Part shown: positions 13,401 to 30,149 of the stretch, one piece after another
Numbering within the stretch: the first letter of the stretch is position 1
Layout: every line of letters begins with the position of its first letter
Assembly (NCBI GenBank): GCA_964016885.1
Contig: OZ024749.1
Span: forward strand, 27,094,001-27,158,000
Length of the DNA stretch: 64,000 nt
Direction of reading: 5' to 3'
Source of the DNA: Eledone cirrhosa
Lineage: Eukaryota
Translations under genes and position numbers: made by a program
The notes under the pieces: model-generated
The model's database searches: none
Told to the model about the DNA's origin: nothing
The model's input: the letters and a program-made list of their open reading frames with translations, nothing else

Positions 13401-16400
13401 ACCACAGCAACATCACTACCACTGCACAACAAACACCACCACCAACAACCACAGCAACATCACTACCACGGCACAATAAACACCACCACCAACAACAACA
13501 GCAACATCACTACCACTGCACAACAAACACCACCACCAACAACAACAGCAACATCACTACCACTGCACAACAAACACCACCACCAACAACCACAGCAACA
13601 TCACTACCACTGCACAACAAACACCACCACCAACAACCACAGCAACATCACTACCACGGCACAATAAACACCACCACCAACAACCACAGCAACATCACTA
13701 CCACTGCACAACAAACACCACCACCAACGACAACAACAACATCACTACCACTGCACAATAAACACCACCACCAACAACCACAGCAACATCACTACCACTG
13801 CACAACAAACACCACCACCAACAACAACAACAACATCACTACCACTGCACAACAAACACCACCACCAACAACCACAGCAACATCACTACCACTGCACAAC
13901 AAACACCACCACCAACAACCACAGCAACATCACTACCACTGCACAATAAACACCACCACCAACAACCACAGCAACATCACTACCACTGCACAACAAACAC
14001 CACCACCAACAACAACAACAACATCACTACCACTGCACAACAAACACCACCACCAACAACAACAGCAACATCACTACCACTGCACAACAAATACCACCAC
14101 CAACAACAACAGCAACATCACTACCACTGCACAACAAACACCACCACCAACAACAACAACAACATCACTACCACTGCACAACAAACACCACCACCAACAA
14201 CAACAGCAACATCACTACCACTACACAACAAACACCACCACCAACAACCACAGCAACATCACTACCACTACACAACAAACACCACCACCAACAACCACAG
14301 CAACATCATTACCACTGCACAATAAACACCACCACCAACAGCAACAACAGCAACATCACTACCACTGCACAACAAACACCACCACCACCAACAACAACAG
14401 CAACATCACTACCACTGCACAATAAACACCACCACCAACGACAACAACAACATCACTACCACTGCACAATAAACACCACCACCAACAACAACAGCAACAT
14501 CACTACCACTGCACAATAAACACCACCACCAACAACAACAGCAACATCACTACCACTGCACAATAAACACCACCACCAACGACAACAACAACATCACTAC
14601 CACTGCACAACAAACACCACCACCAACAACCACAGCAACATCACTACCACTGCACAATAAACACCACCACCAACAACCACAGCAACATCACTACCACTGC
14701 ACAACAAACACCACCACCAACAACAACAACAACATCACTACCACTGCACAACAAACACCACCACCAACAACAACCACAGCAACATCACTACCACTGCACA
14801 ACAAACACCACCACCAACAACAACCACAGCAACATCACTACCACTGCACAACAAACACCACCACCAACAACAACAGCAACATCACTACCACTGCACAACA
14901 AACACCACCACCAACAACAACCACAGCAACATCACTACCACTGCACAATAAACACCACCACCACCAACAACAACAGCAACATCACTACCACTGCACAACA
15001 AACACCACCACCAACAACAACAACATCACTACCACTGCACAACAAACACCACCACCAACAACAACAACATCACTACCACTGCACAACAAACACCACCACC
15101 AACAACAACAACATCACTACCACTGCACAACAAACACCACCACCAACAACAACAACAACATCACTACCACTGCACAACAAACACCACCACCAACAACAAC
15201 ATCACTACCACTGCACAACAAACACCACCACCAACAACAACAACATCACTACCACTGCACAACAAACACCACCACCAACAACAACAGCAACATCACTACC
15301 ACTGCACAACAAACACCACCACCAACAACAACAGCAACATCACTACCACTGCACAACAAACACCACCACCAACAACAACAGCAACATCACTACCACTGCA
15401 CAACAAACACCACCACCAACAACAGCAACATCACTACCACTGCACAACAAACACCACCACCAACAACAACAGCAACATCACTACCACTGCACAACAAACA
15501 CCACCACCAACAACAACAGCAACATCACTACCACTGCACAATAAACACCACCACCACCAACAACAGCAACATCACTACCACGGCACAATAAACACCACCA
15601 CCAACAACATCACTACCACTGCACAACAAACACCACCACCAACGACAACAACAACATCACTACCACTGCACAACAAACACCACCACCACCAACAACAACA
15701 ACATCACTACCACTGCACAACAAACACCACCACCAACAACAACAGCAACATCACTACCACTGCACAACAAACACCACCACCACCAACAACAACAACATCA
15801 CTACCACTGCACAACAAACACCACCACCACCAACAACAACATCACTACCACTGCACAATAAACACCACCATCAACGACAACAACATCACTACCACTGCAC
15901 AATAAACACCACCACCACCAACAACAGCAACATCACTACCACGGCACAATAAACACCACCACCAACAACAACAGCAACATCACTACCACTGCACAATAAA
16001 CACCACCACCACCAACAACAGCAACATCACTACCACGGCACAATAAACACCACCACCAACAACATCACTACCACTGCACAACAAACACCACCACCAACAA
16101 CCACAGCAACATCACTACCACTGCACAACAAACACCACCACCAACAACAGCAACATCACTACCACTGCACAACAAACACCACCACCAACAACAACAGCAA
16201 CATCACTACCACTGCACAACAAACACCACCACCAACAACAACAGCAACATCACTACCACTGCACAATAAACACCACCACCACCAACAACAGCAACATCAC
16301 TACCACGGCACAATAAACACCACCACCAACAACATCACTACCACTGCACAACAAACACCACCACCAACGACAACAACAACATCACTACCACTGCACAACA

Positions 16401-19400
16401 AACACCACCACCACCAACAACAACAACATCACTACCACTGCACAACAAACACCACCACCAACAACAACAGCAACATCACTACCACTGCACAACAAACACC
16501 ACCACCACCAACAACAACAACATCACTACCACTGCACAACAAACACCACCACCACCAACAACAACAACATCACTACCACTGCACAATAAACACCACCATC
16601 AACGACAACAACATCACTACCACTGCACAATAAACACCACCACCACCAACAACAGCAACATCACTACCACGGCACAATAAACACCACCACCAACAACAAC
16701 AGCAACATCACTACCACTGCACAATAAACACCACCACCACCAACAACAGCAACATCACTACCACGGCACAATAAACACCACCACCAACAACATCACTACC
16801 ACTGCACAACAAACACCACCACCAACAACCACAGCAACATCACTACCACTGCACAACAAACACCACCACCAACAACAACAGCAACATCACTACCACTGCA
16901 CAACAAACACCACCACCAACAACCACAGCAACATCACTACCACTGCACAACAAACACCACCACCAACAACCACAGCAACATCACTACCACTGCACAACAA
17001 ACACCACCACCAACAACCAAAGCAACATCACTACCACTGCACAACAAACACCAGCACCAACGACCACAGCAACATCACTACCACTGCACAACAAACACCA
17101 CCACCAACAACCACAGCAACATCACTACCACTGCACAACAAACACCACCACCACCAACAACAACAACATCACTACCACTGCACAACAAACACCACCACCA
17201 CCAACAACAACAACATCACTACCACTGCACAATAAACACCACCACCAACAACCACAGCAACATCACTACCACTGCACAACAAACACCACCACCAACAACA
17301 ACAACAACATCACTACCACTGCACAACAAACACCACCACCAACAACAACAGCAACATCACTACCACTGCACAACAAACACCACCACCAACAACAACAGCA
17401 ACATCACTACCACTGCACAACAAACACCACCACCAACAACAACAGCAACATCACTACCACTGCACAACAAACACCACCACCAACAACAACAGCAACATCA
17501 CTACCACTGCACAACAAACACCACCACCAACAACAACAGCAACATCACTACCACTGCACAATAAACACCACCACCAACGACAACAACAACATCACTACCA
17601 CTGCACAACAAACACCACCACCAACAACAACAGCAACATCACTACCACTACACAACAAACACCACCACCAACAACAACAGCAACATCACTACCACTACAC
17701 AACAAACACCACCACCAACAACCACAGCAACATCACTACCACTGCACAATAAACACCACCACCAACAACAACAGCAACATCACTACCACTACACAACAAA
17801 CACCACCACCAACAACCACAGCAACATCACTACCACTGCACAATAAACACCACCACCAACAACAACAGCAACATCACTACCACTACACAACAAACACCAC
17901 CACCAACAACCACAGCAACATCACTACCACTGCACAATAAACACCACCACCAACAACAACAGCAACATCACTACCACTGCACAATAAACACCACCACCAA
18001 CAACAACAGCAACATCACTACCACTGCACAACAGACACCACCACCAACAACAACAGCAACATCACTACCACTACACAACAAACACCACCACCAACAACCA
18101 CAGCAACATCATTACCACTGCACAATAAACACCACCACCAACAACAACAGCAACATCACTACCACTACACAACAAACACCACCACCAACAACCACAGCAA
18201 CATCATTACCACTGCACAATAAACACCACCACCAACGACAACAACAACATCACTACCACTGCACAACAAACACCACCACCACCAACAGCAACAACAGCAA
18301 CATCACTACCACTGCACAATAAACACCACCACCAACAACCACAGCAACATCACTACCACTGCACAACAAACACCACCACCACCAACAGCAACAACAGCAA
18401 CATCACTACCACTGCACAACAAACACCACCACCAACAACAACAACAACATCACTACCACTGCACAATAAACACCACCACCAACAACAACAGCAACATCAC
18501 TACCACTGCACAACAAACACCACCACCAACAACAACAACAACATCACTACCACTGCACAACAAACACCACCACCAACAACAACAGCAACATCACTACCAC
18601 TGCACAACAAACACCACCACCACCAACAACAACAGCAACATCACTACCACTGCACAACAAACACCACCACCAACAACAACAGCAACATCACTACCACTGC
18701 ACAACAAACACCACCACCAACAACAACCACAGCAACATCACTACCACTGCACAATAAACACCACCACCACCAACAACAACAGCAACATCACTACCACTGC
18801 ACAACAAACACCACCACCAACAACAACAACATCACTACCACTGCACAACAAACACCACCACCAACAACAACATCACTACCACTGCACAACAAACACCACC
18901 ACCAACAACAACAACATCACTACCACTGCACAACAAACACCACCACCAACAACAACAACAACATCACTACCACTGCACAACAAACACCACCACCAACAAC
19001 AACATCACTACCACTGCACAACAAACACCACCACCAACAACAACAACATCACTACCACTGCACAACAAACACCACCACCAACAACAACAGCAACATCACT
19101 ACCACTGCACAACAAACACCACCACCAACAACAACAGCAACATCACTACCACTGCACAATAAACACCACCAACAACAACAACAGCAACATCACTACCACT
19201 GCACAATAAACACCACCAACAACAACAACAGCAACATCACTACCACTGCACAATAAACACCACCAACAACAACAACAGCAACATCACTACCACTGCACAA
19301 TAAACACCACCACCAACGACAACAACAACATCACTACCACTGCACAATAATCACCACCACCAACAACAACAGCAACATCACTACCACTGCACAACAAACA

Positions 19401-22400
19401 TCACCACCAACAACAACAGCAACATCACTACCACTGCACAATAAACACCACCACCAACAACAACAACAGCAACATCACTACCACTGCACAACAAACACCA
19501 CCACCACCAACAACAGCACCATCACTACCACTGCACAATAAACACCACCATCAACGACAACAACAACATCACTACCACTGCACAACAAACACCACCACCA
19601 CCAACAACAGCAACATCACTACCACTGCACAATAAACACCACCACCAACAACAACAACAGCAACATCACTACCACTGCACAACAAACACCACCACCACCA
19701 ACAACAGCACCATCACTACCACTGCACAATAAACACCACCATCAACGACAACAACAACATCACTACCACTGCACAACAAACACCACCACCAACAACAACA
19801 GCAACATCACTACCACTGCACAATAAACACCACCATCAACGACAACAACAACATCACTACCACTGCACAACAAACACCACCACCAACAACCACAACAGCA
19901 ACATCACTACCACTGTACAATAAACACCACCATCAACGACAACAACAACATCACTACCACTGCTCAATAAACACCACCACCACCAACAACAACATCACTA
20001 CCACTGCACAACAAACACCACCACCAACAACAACAACAGCAACATCACTACCACTGCACAACAAACACCACCACCACCAACAACAACAACATCACTACCA
20101 CTGCACAACAAACACCACCACCAACAACAACAACAACATCACTACCACTGCACAACAAACACCACCACCACCAACAACAACAACATCACTACCACTGCTC
20201 AATAAACACCACCACCACCAACAACATCACTACCACTGCACAACAAACACCACCACCAACAACAACAACAGCAACATCACTACCACTGCACAACAAACAC
20301 CACCACCAACAACAACAGCAACATCACTACCACTGCACAACAAACACCACCACCACCAACAACAACAACATCACTACCACTGCACAACAAACACCACCAC
20401 CACCAACAACAGCAACATCACTACCACTGCACAACAAACACCACCACCACCAACAACAGCAACATCACTACCACTGCACAACCAACACCACCACCAACAA
20501 CATCACTACCACTGCACAATAAACACCACCACCACCAACAACAGCAACATCACTACCACGGCACAATAAACACCACCACCAACGACAACAACAACATCAC
20601 TACCACTGCACAACAAACACCACCACCAACAACCACAGCAACATCACTACCACGGCACAATAAACACCACCACCAACAACATCACTACCACTGCACAACA
20701 AACACCACCACCAACGACAACAACAACATCACTACCACGGCACAATAAACACCACCACCAACAACCACAGCAACATCACTACCACTGCACAACAAACACC
20801 ACCACCAACAACAGCAACATCACTACCACTGCACAACAAACACCACCACCACCAACAACCACAGCAACATTACTACCACTGCACAACAAACACCACCACC
20901 ACCAACAACAACAACATCACTACCACTGCACAACAAACACCACCACCACCACCAACAACAGCAACATCACTACCACTGCACAATAAACACCACCACCACC
21001 AACAACAGCAACATCACTACCACTGCACAACAAACACCACCACCACCAACAACAACAATATCACTACCACTGCACAATAAACACCACCACCACCAACAAC
21101 CACAGCAACATCACTACCACTGCACAATAAACACAACCACCAACAACCACAGCAACATCACTACTACTGCACAATAAACACCACCACCACCAACAACAGC
21201 AACATCACTACCACTGCACAACAAACACCACCAACAACAACAACATCACTACCACTGCACAATAAACACCACCACCACCAACAACCACAGCAACATCACT
21301 ACCACTGCACAATAAACACCACCACCACCAACAGCAACATCACTACTACTGCACAATAAACACCACCACCACCAACAGCAACATCACTACTACTGCACAA
21401 TAAACACCACCACCACCAACAGCAACATCACTACTACTGCACAATAAACACCACCACCAACATCACTACCACTGCACAACAAACACCACCACCACCAACA
21501 ACAACAACATCACTACCACTGCACAATAAACACCACCACCACCAACAACCACAGCAACATCACTACCACTGCACAATAAACACCACCACCACCAACAGCA
21601 ACATCACTACTACTGCACAATAAACACCACCACCAACAACCACAGCAACATCACTACCACTGCACAATAAACACAACCACCAACAACCACAGCAACATCA
21701 CTACCACTGCACAATAAACACCACCACCAACAACAACAGCAACATCATTACCACTGCACAACAAACACCACCACCACCAACAACCACAGCAACATCACTA
21801 CCACTGCACAACAAACACCACCACCACCAACAACAGCAACATCACTACCACTGCACAATAAACACCACCACCAACAACCACAGCAACATCACTACCACTG
21901 CACAACAAACACCACCACCACCAACAACAACATCACTACCACTCCACAATAAACACCACCACCAACAACAACAGCAACATCACTACCACTGCACAATAAA
22001 CACCACCACCAACAACAACAGCAACATCACTACCACTGCACAACAAACACCACCACCAACAACAACAGCAACATCACTACCACTGCACAACAAACACCAC
22101 CACCAACAACAACAGCAACATCAGTACCACTGCACAACAAACACCACCACGACCAACAACAACAACATCACTACCACTGCACAATAAACACCACCACCAA
22201 CAACAACAGCAACATCACTACCACTGCACAATAAACACCACCACCAACAACAACATCACTACCACTGCACAACAAACACCACGACCAACAACAACATCAC
22301 TACCACTGCACAACAAACACCACCACCAACAACAACATCACTACCACTGCACAACAAACACCACCACCAACAACAGCAACATCACTACCACTGCACAACA

Positions 22401-25400
22401 AACACCACCACCAACAACAATATCACTACCACTGCACAATAAACACCACCACCAACAACAACATCACTACCACTGCACAATAAACACCACCACCAACAAC
22501 AACAACAACATCACTACCACTGCACAACAAACACCACCACCAACAACAACAGCAACATCACTACCACTGCACAACAAACACCACCACCAACAACAACATC
22601 ACTACCACTGCACAACAAACACCACCACCAACAACAACAACAACATCACTACCACTGCACAACAGACACCACCACCAACAACCACAGCAACATCACTACC
22701 ACTGCACAACAAACACCACCACCAACAACAACAACATCACTACCACTGCACAACAAACACCACCACCAACAACAACATCACTACCACTGCACAATAAACA
22801 CCACCAACAACAACAACAACAGCAACATCACTACCACTGCACAATAAACACCACCACCAACAACAACAGCAACATCACTACCACTGCACAACAAAAACCA
22901 CCACCAACAACAACAACATCACTACCACTGCACAACAAACACCACCACCAACAACAACATCACTACCACTGCACAATAAACACCACCAACAACAACAACA
23001 GCAACATCACTACCACTGCACAACAAACACCACCACCAACAACAACATCACTACCACTGCACAACAAACACCACCACCAACAACAACAACATCACTACCA
23101 CTGCACAACAAACACCACCAACAACAACAACATCACTACCACTGCACAATAAACACCACCAACAACAACAACAGCAACATCACTACCACTGCACAATAAA
23201 CACCACCACCAACAACAACAGCAACATCACTACCACTGCACAATAAACACCACCACCACCAACAACAACAACATCACTACCACTGCACAATAAACACCAC
23301 CACCAACAACAACAGCAACATCACTACCACTGCACAATAAACACCACCACCACCAACAAGAACAACATCACTACCACTGCACAATAAACACCACCACCAA
23401 CAACAACAGCAACATCACTACCACTGCACAATAAACACCACCACCACCAACAACAACAACATCACTACCACTGCACAACAAACACCACCACCAACAACAA
23501 CAACATCACTACCACTGCACAACAAACACCACCACCAACAACAACAACATCACTACCACTGCACAACAAACACCACCACCAACAACAACAACATCACTAC
23601 CACTGCACAATAAACACCAACAACAACAACAACAGCAACTTCACTACCACTGCACAATAAACACCACCACCAACAACAACAGCAACATCACTACCACTGC
23701 ACAATAAACACCACCACCACCAACAACAACAACATCACTACCACTGCACAATAAACACCACCAACAACAACATCACTACCACTGCACAACAAACACCACC
23801 ACCAACAACAACAACATCACTACCACTGCACAACAAACACCACCACCAACAACAACAACATCACTACCACTGCACAATAAACACCACCAACAACAACAAC
23901 AGCAACATCACTACCACTGCACAACAAACACCACCACCAACAACAACAAAATCACTACCACTGCACAACAAACACCACCACCAACAACAACAACATCACT
24001 ACCACTGCACAACAAACACCACCTCCAACAACAACAGCAACATCACTACCACTGCACAATAAACACCACCACCAACAACAACAGCAACATCACTACCACT
24101 GCACAATAAACACCACCACCACCAACAACAACAACATCACTACCACTGCACAATAAACACCACCAACAACAGCAGCAACATCACTACCACTGCACAATAA
24201 ACACCACCAACAACAACAACAGCAACATCACTACCACTGCACAACAAACACCACCACCAACAACAACAAAATCACTACCACTGCACAACAAACACCACCA
24301 CCAACAACAACAACATCACTACCACTGCACAATAAACACCACCACCAACAACAACAGCAACATCACTACCACTGCACAACAAACACCACCACCAACGACA
24401 ACAGCAACATCACTACCACTGCACAATAAACACCACCACCACCAACAACAACAACATCACTACCACTGCACAACAAACACCACCACCAACGACAACAGCA
24501 ACATCACTACCACTGCACAACAAACACCACCACCAACAACAACAACAACAACATCACTACCACTGCACAACAAACACCACCACCACCAACAACAGCACCA
24601 TCACTACCACTGCACAATAAACACCACCACCAACAACCACAGCAACATCACTACCACTGCACAATAAACACCACCACCAACAACAACAGCAACATCACTA
24701 CCACTGCACAATAAACACCACCATCAACGACAACATCACTACCACTGCACAACAAACACCACCAACAACAACAACAACATCACTACCACTGCACAATAAA
24801 CACCACCACCAACAACAACAGCAACATCACTACCACTGCACAACAGACACCACCACCAACAACAACAACAACATCACTACCACTGCACAACAAACACCAC
24901 CACCAACAACAACAACAGCAACATCACTACCACTGCACAATAAACACCACCACCAACAACAACAGCAACATCACTACCACTGCACAATAAACACCACCAC
25001 CAACAACAACAACAACAACATCACTACCACTGCACAATAAACACCACCACCAACAACCACAGCAACATCACTACCACTGCACAACAAACACCACCACCAA
25101 CAACAACAACAACATCACTACCACTGCACAACAAACACCACCACCAACAACAACAGCAACATCATTACCACTGCACAATAAACACCACCACCAACAACAA
25201 CAACATCACTACCACTGCACAATAAACACCACCACCAACAACCACAGCAACATCACTACCACTGCACAACAAACACCACCACCACCAACAACAGCAACAT
25301 CACTACCACTGCACAACAAACACCACCACCAACAACCACAGCAACATCACTACCACTGCACAACAAACACCACCACCACCAACAACAACAGCAACATCAC

Positions 25401-28400
25401 TACCACTGCACAACAAACACCACCACCAACAACAACAGCAACATCACTACCACTGCACAATAAACACCACCACCAACAACAACAGCAACATCACTACCAC
25501 TGCACAACAAACACCACCACCACCAACAACAACAGCAACATCACTACCACTGCACAACAAACACCACCACCAACAACAACAACAGCAACATCACTACCAC
25601 TGCACAACAAACACCACCACCACCAACAACAACAGCAACATCACTACCACTGCACAATAAACACCACCACCAACAACAACAGCAACATCACTACCACTGC
25701 ACAATAAACACCACCACCAACAACAACAGCAACATCACTACCACTGCACAACAAACACCACCACCACCAACAACAACAGCAACATCACTACCACTGCACA
25801 ATAAACACCACCACCAACAACAACAGCAACATCACTACCACTGCACAATAAACACCACCACCAACAACAACAGCAACATCACTACCACTGCACAATAAAC
25901 ACCACCACCAACAACAACAGCAACATCACTACCACTGCACAATAAACACCACCACCAACAACAACAGCAACATCACTACCACTGCACAACAAACACCACC
26001 ACCACCAACAACAACAGCAACATCACTACCACTGCACAATAAACACCACCACCAACAACAACAGCAACATCACTACCACTGCACAATAAACACCACCACC
26101 AACAACAACAGCAACATCACTACCACTGCACAATAAACACCACCACCAACAACAACAGCAACATCACTACCACTGCACAATAAACACCACCACCAACAAC
26201 AACAGCAACATCACTACCACTGCACAACAAACACCACCACCACCAACAACAACAGCAACATCACTACCACTGCACAACAAACACCACCACCACCAACAAC
26301 AACAGCAACATCACTACCACTGCACAATAAACACCACCACCAACAACAACAGCAACATCACTACCACTGCACAATAAACACCACCACCAACAACAACAGC
26401 AACATCACTACCACTGCACAACAAACACCACCACCACCAACAACAACAGCAACATCACTACCACTGCACAACAAACACCACCACCAACAACAACAACAGC
26501 AACATCACTACCACTGCACAACAAACACCACCACCACCAACAACAACAGCAACATCACTACCACTGCACAATAAACACCACCACCAACAACAACAGCAAC
26601 ATCACTACCACTGCACAATAAACACCACCACCAACAACAACAGCAACATCACTACCACTGCACAACAAACACCACCACCACCAACAACAACAGCAACATC
26701 ACTACCACTGCACAATAAACACCACCACCAACAACAACAGCAACATCACTACCACTGCACAACAAACACCACCACCACCAACAACAACAGCAACATCACT
26801 ACCACTGCACAACAAACACCACCACCACCAACAACAACAGCAACATCACTACCACTGCACAATAAACACCACCACCAACAACAACAGCAACATCACTACC
26901 ACTGCACAATAAACACCACCACCAACAACAACAGCAACATCACTACCACTGCACAATAAACACCACCACCAACAACAACAGCAACATCACTACCACTGCA
27001 CAACAAACACCACCACCAACAACAACAGCAACATCACTACCACTGCACAATAAACACCACCACCACCAACAACAACAGCAACATCACTACCACTGCACAA
27101 TAAACACCACCACCAACAACAGCAACAACAACGACATCATCACTACCACTACTACTAACAACAACAACACCAATGCTGCCACCTCCACTAACAACAATAG
27201 CAATAGTAACAACAACTATAGCAACAACTACAACACCATCACCACCACAAACAGTAACAACAACAACAATACTTACTTTGGTTCATTGATATTAAAAGCT
27301 CTTCCTTCATTATTGAAAAGTCTTCTTGGTTTCTTGAGATTTTCATTTTCAGAGCTATAACAACATCAACATATGTATCATATATATTACACACACACAT
27401 ATATATATCACATCACATATACAGACACACACATATCACACACACACATAAGAGCTATAACAACATATGTATCATATATATTACACACACACACACATAT
27501 ATATATCACATCACATATACAGACACACACACATCACACACACACATAAGAGCTACAACAACATCAACATATGTATCATATATATTACACACACACACAC
27601 ATATATATATCACATCACATATACAGACACACACATATCACACACACACATAAGAGCTATAACAACAACATCAACATATGTATCATATATATTACACACA
27701 CACACACATATATATATCACATCACATATACAGACACACACATATCACACACACACATAAGAGCTATAACAACATATGTATCATATATATTACACACACA
27801 CACACATATATATATCACATCACATATACAGACACACACATATCACACACACACATAAGAGCTATAACAACAACATCAACATATGTATCATATATATTAC
27901 ACACACACACATATATATATATCACATCACATATACAGACACACACATATCACACACACACATAAGAGCTATAACAACATCAACATTTGTATCATATATA
28001 TTACACACACACACACATATATATATATATCACATCACATATACAGACACACACATAAGAGCTATAACATCATCATCAACATATGTATCATATATATTAC
28101 ACACACACACACATATATATATATATCACATCACATAAACAGACACACACATATCACACACACACATAAGAGCTATAACAACATCATCAACATATGTATC
28201 ATATATATTACACACACACACACACATATATATCACATCACATATACAGACACACACATATCACACACACACATAAGAGCTATAACAACATATGTATCAT
28301 ATATATTACACACACACACACACATATATATATCACATCACATATACAGACACACACATATCACACACACACATAAGAGCTATAACAACAACATCAACAT

Positions 28401-30118
28401 ATGTATCATATATATTACACACACACACACACACATATATATATCACATCACATATACAGACACACACATATCACACACACACATAAGAGCTATAACAAC
28501 ATATGTATCATATATATTACACACACACACACATATATATATCACATCACATATACAGACACACACATATCACACACACACATAAGAGCTATAACAACAA
28601 CATCAACATATGTATCATATATATTACACACACACACACATATATATATCACATCACATATACAGACACACACATATCACACACACACATAAGAGCTATA
28701 ACAACAACATCAACATATGTATCATATATATTACACACACACATATATATATCACATCACATATACAGACACACACATATCACACACACACATAAGAGCT
28801 ATAACAACATATGTATCATATATATTACACACACACACACATATATATATCACATCACATATACAGACACACACATATCACACACACACATAAGAGCTAT
28901 AACAACAACATCAACATATGTATCATATATATTACACACACACACACATATATATATCACATCACATATACAGACACACACATATCACACACACACATAA
29001 GAGCTATAACAACAACATCAACATATGTATCATATATATTACACACACACACACATATATATATATCACATCACATATACAGACACACACACATCACACA
29101 CACACATAAGAGCTATAACATCATCATCATATGTATCATATATATTACACACACACACACACATATATATATCACATCACATATACAGACACACACATAT
29201 CACACACACACATAAGAGCTATAACAACAACATCAACATATGTATCATATATATTACACACACACACACATATATATATATCACATCACATATACAGACA
29301 CACACATATCACAAACACATAAGAGCTATAACATCATCAACATATGTATCATATATATTACACACACATATATATCACATCACATATACAGACACACACA
29401 TATCACACACACACATAAGAGCTATAACAACATCAACATTTGTATCATATATATTACACACACACACACATATATATATATATCACATCACATATACAGA
29501 CACACACATAAGATCTATAACATCATCATCAACATATGTATCATATATATTACACACACACACACACATATATATATATCACATCACATAAACAGACACA
29601 CACATATCACACACACACATAAGAGCTATAACAACATCATCAACATATGTATCATATATATTACACACACACACATATATATCACATCACATATACAGAC
29701 ACACACATATCACACACACACATAAGAGCTATAACAACATCATCAACAACAACACACACTCATCTGTGTCTCACATACACACATACAACATATACACATC
29801 TCTATCACACACACACATACACATTTATGTCACACACACACAGACCAGTATCACAAACACAAACCCACACACACACAGACCAGTATCACACATACACACT
29901 CACTTGTATGAAACACTATGTAGGTATATACAGTATATATCTATCTAAGGCGGGTAAAATTCCCGAGATCCATGGACGAGTTCTCTCCAGCAGTCTCTGT
30001 CCCTCATTATCGCTGCCATGTCCTGCGTCTCCAACAGACCAGTGTCTGTCCTTAGGGCATCAACATACGTTAACCTTGGTCTTCCTCTTCTAGTGTGTCC
30101 ATGTAGGGCCTCCCAACG

Positions 30119-30149
<31 letters not shown>

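Noticed and set aside
11878-27120. Mucin-like Thr/His/Gln-rich coding repeat, or a CRISPR array
   Set aside because: Unit length is not a multiple of 3, stops recur and there is no long ORF. There are no unique spacers or cas genes, and the context is a eukaryotic intron.
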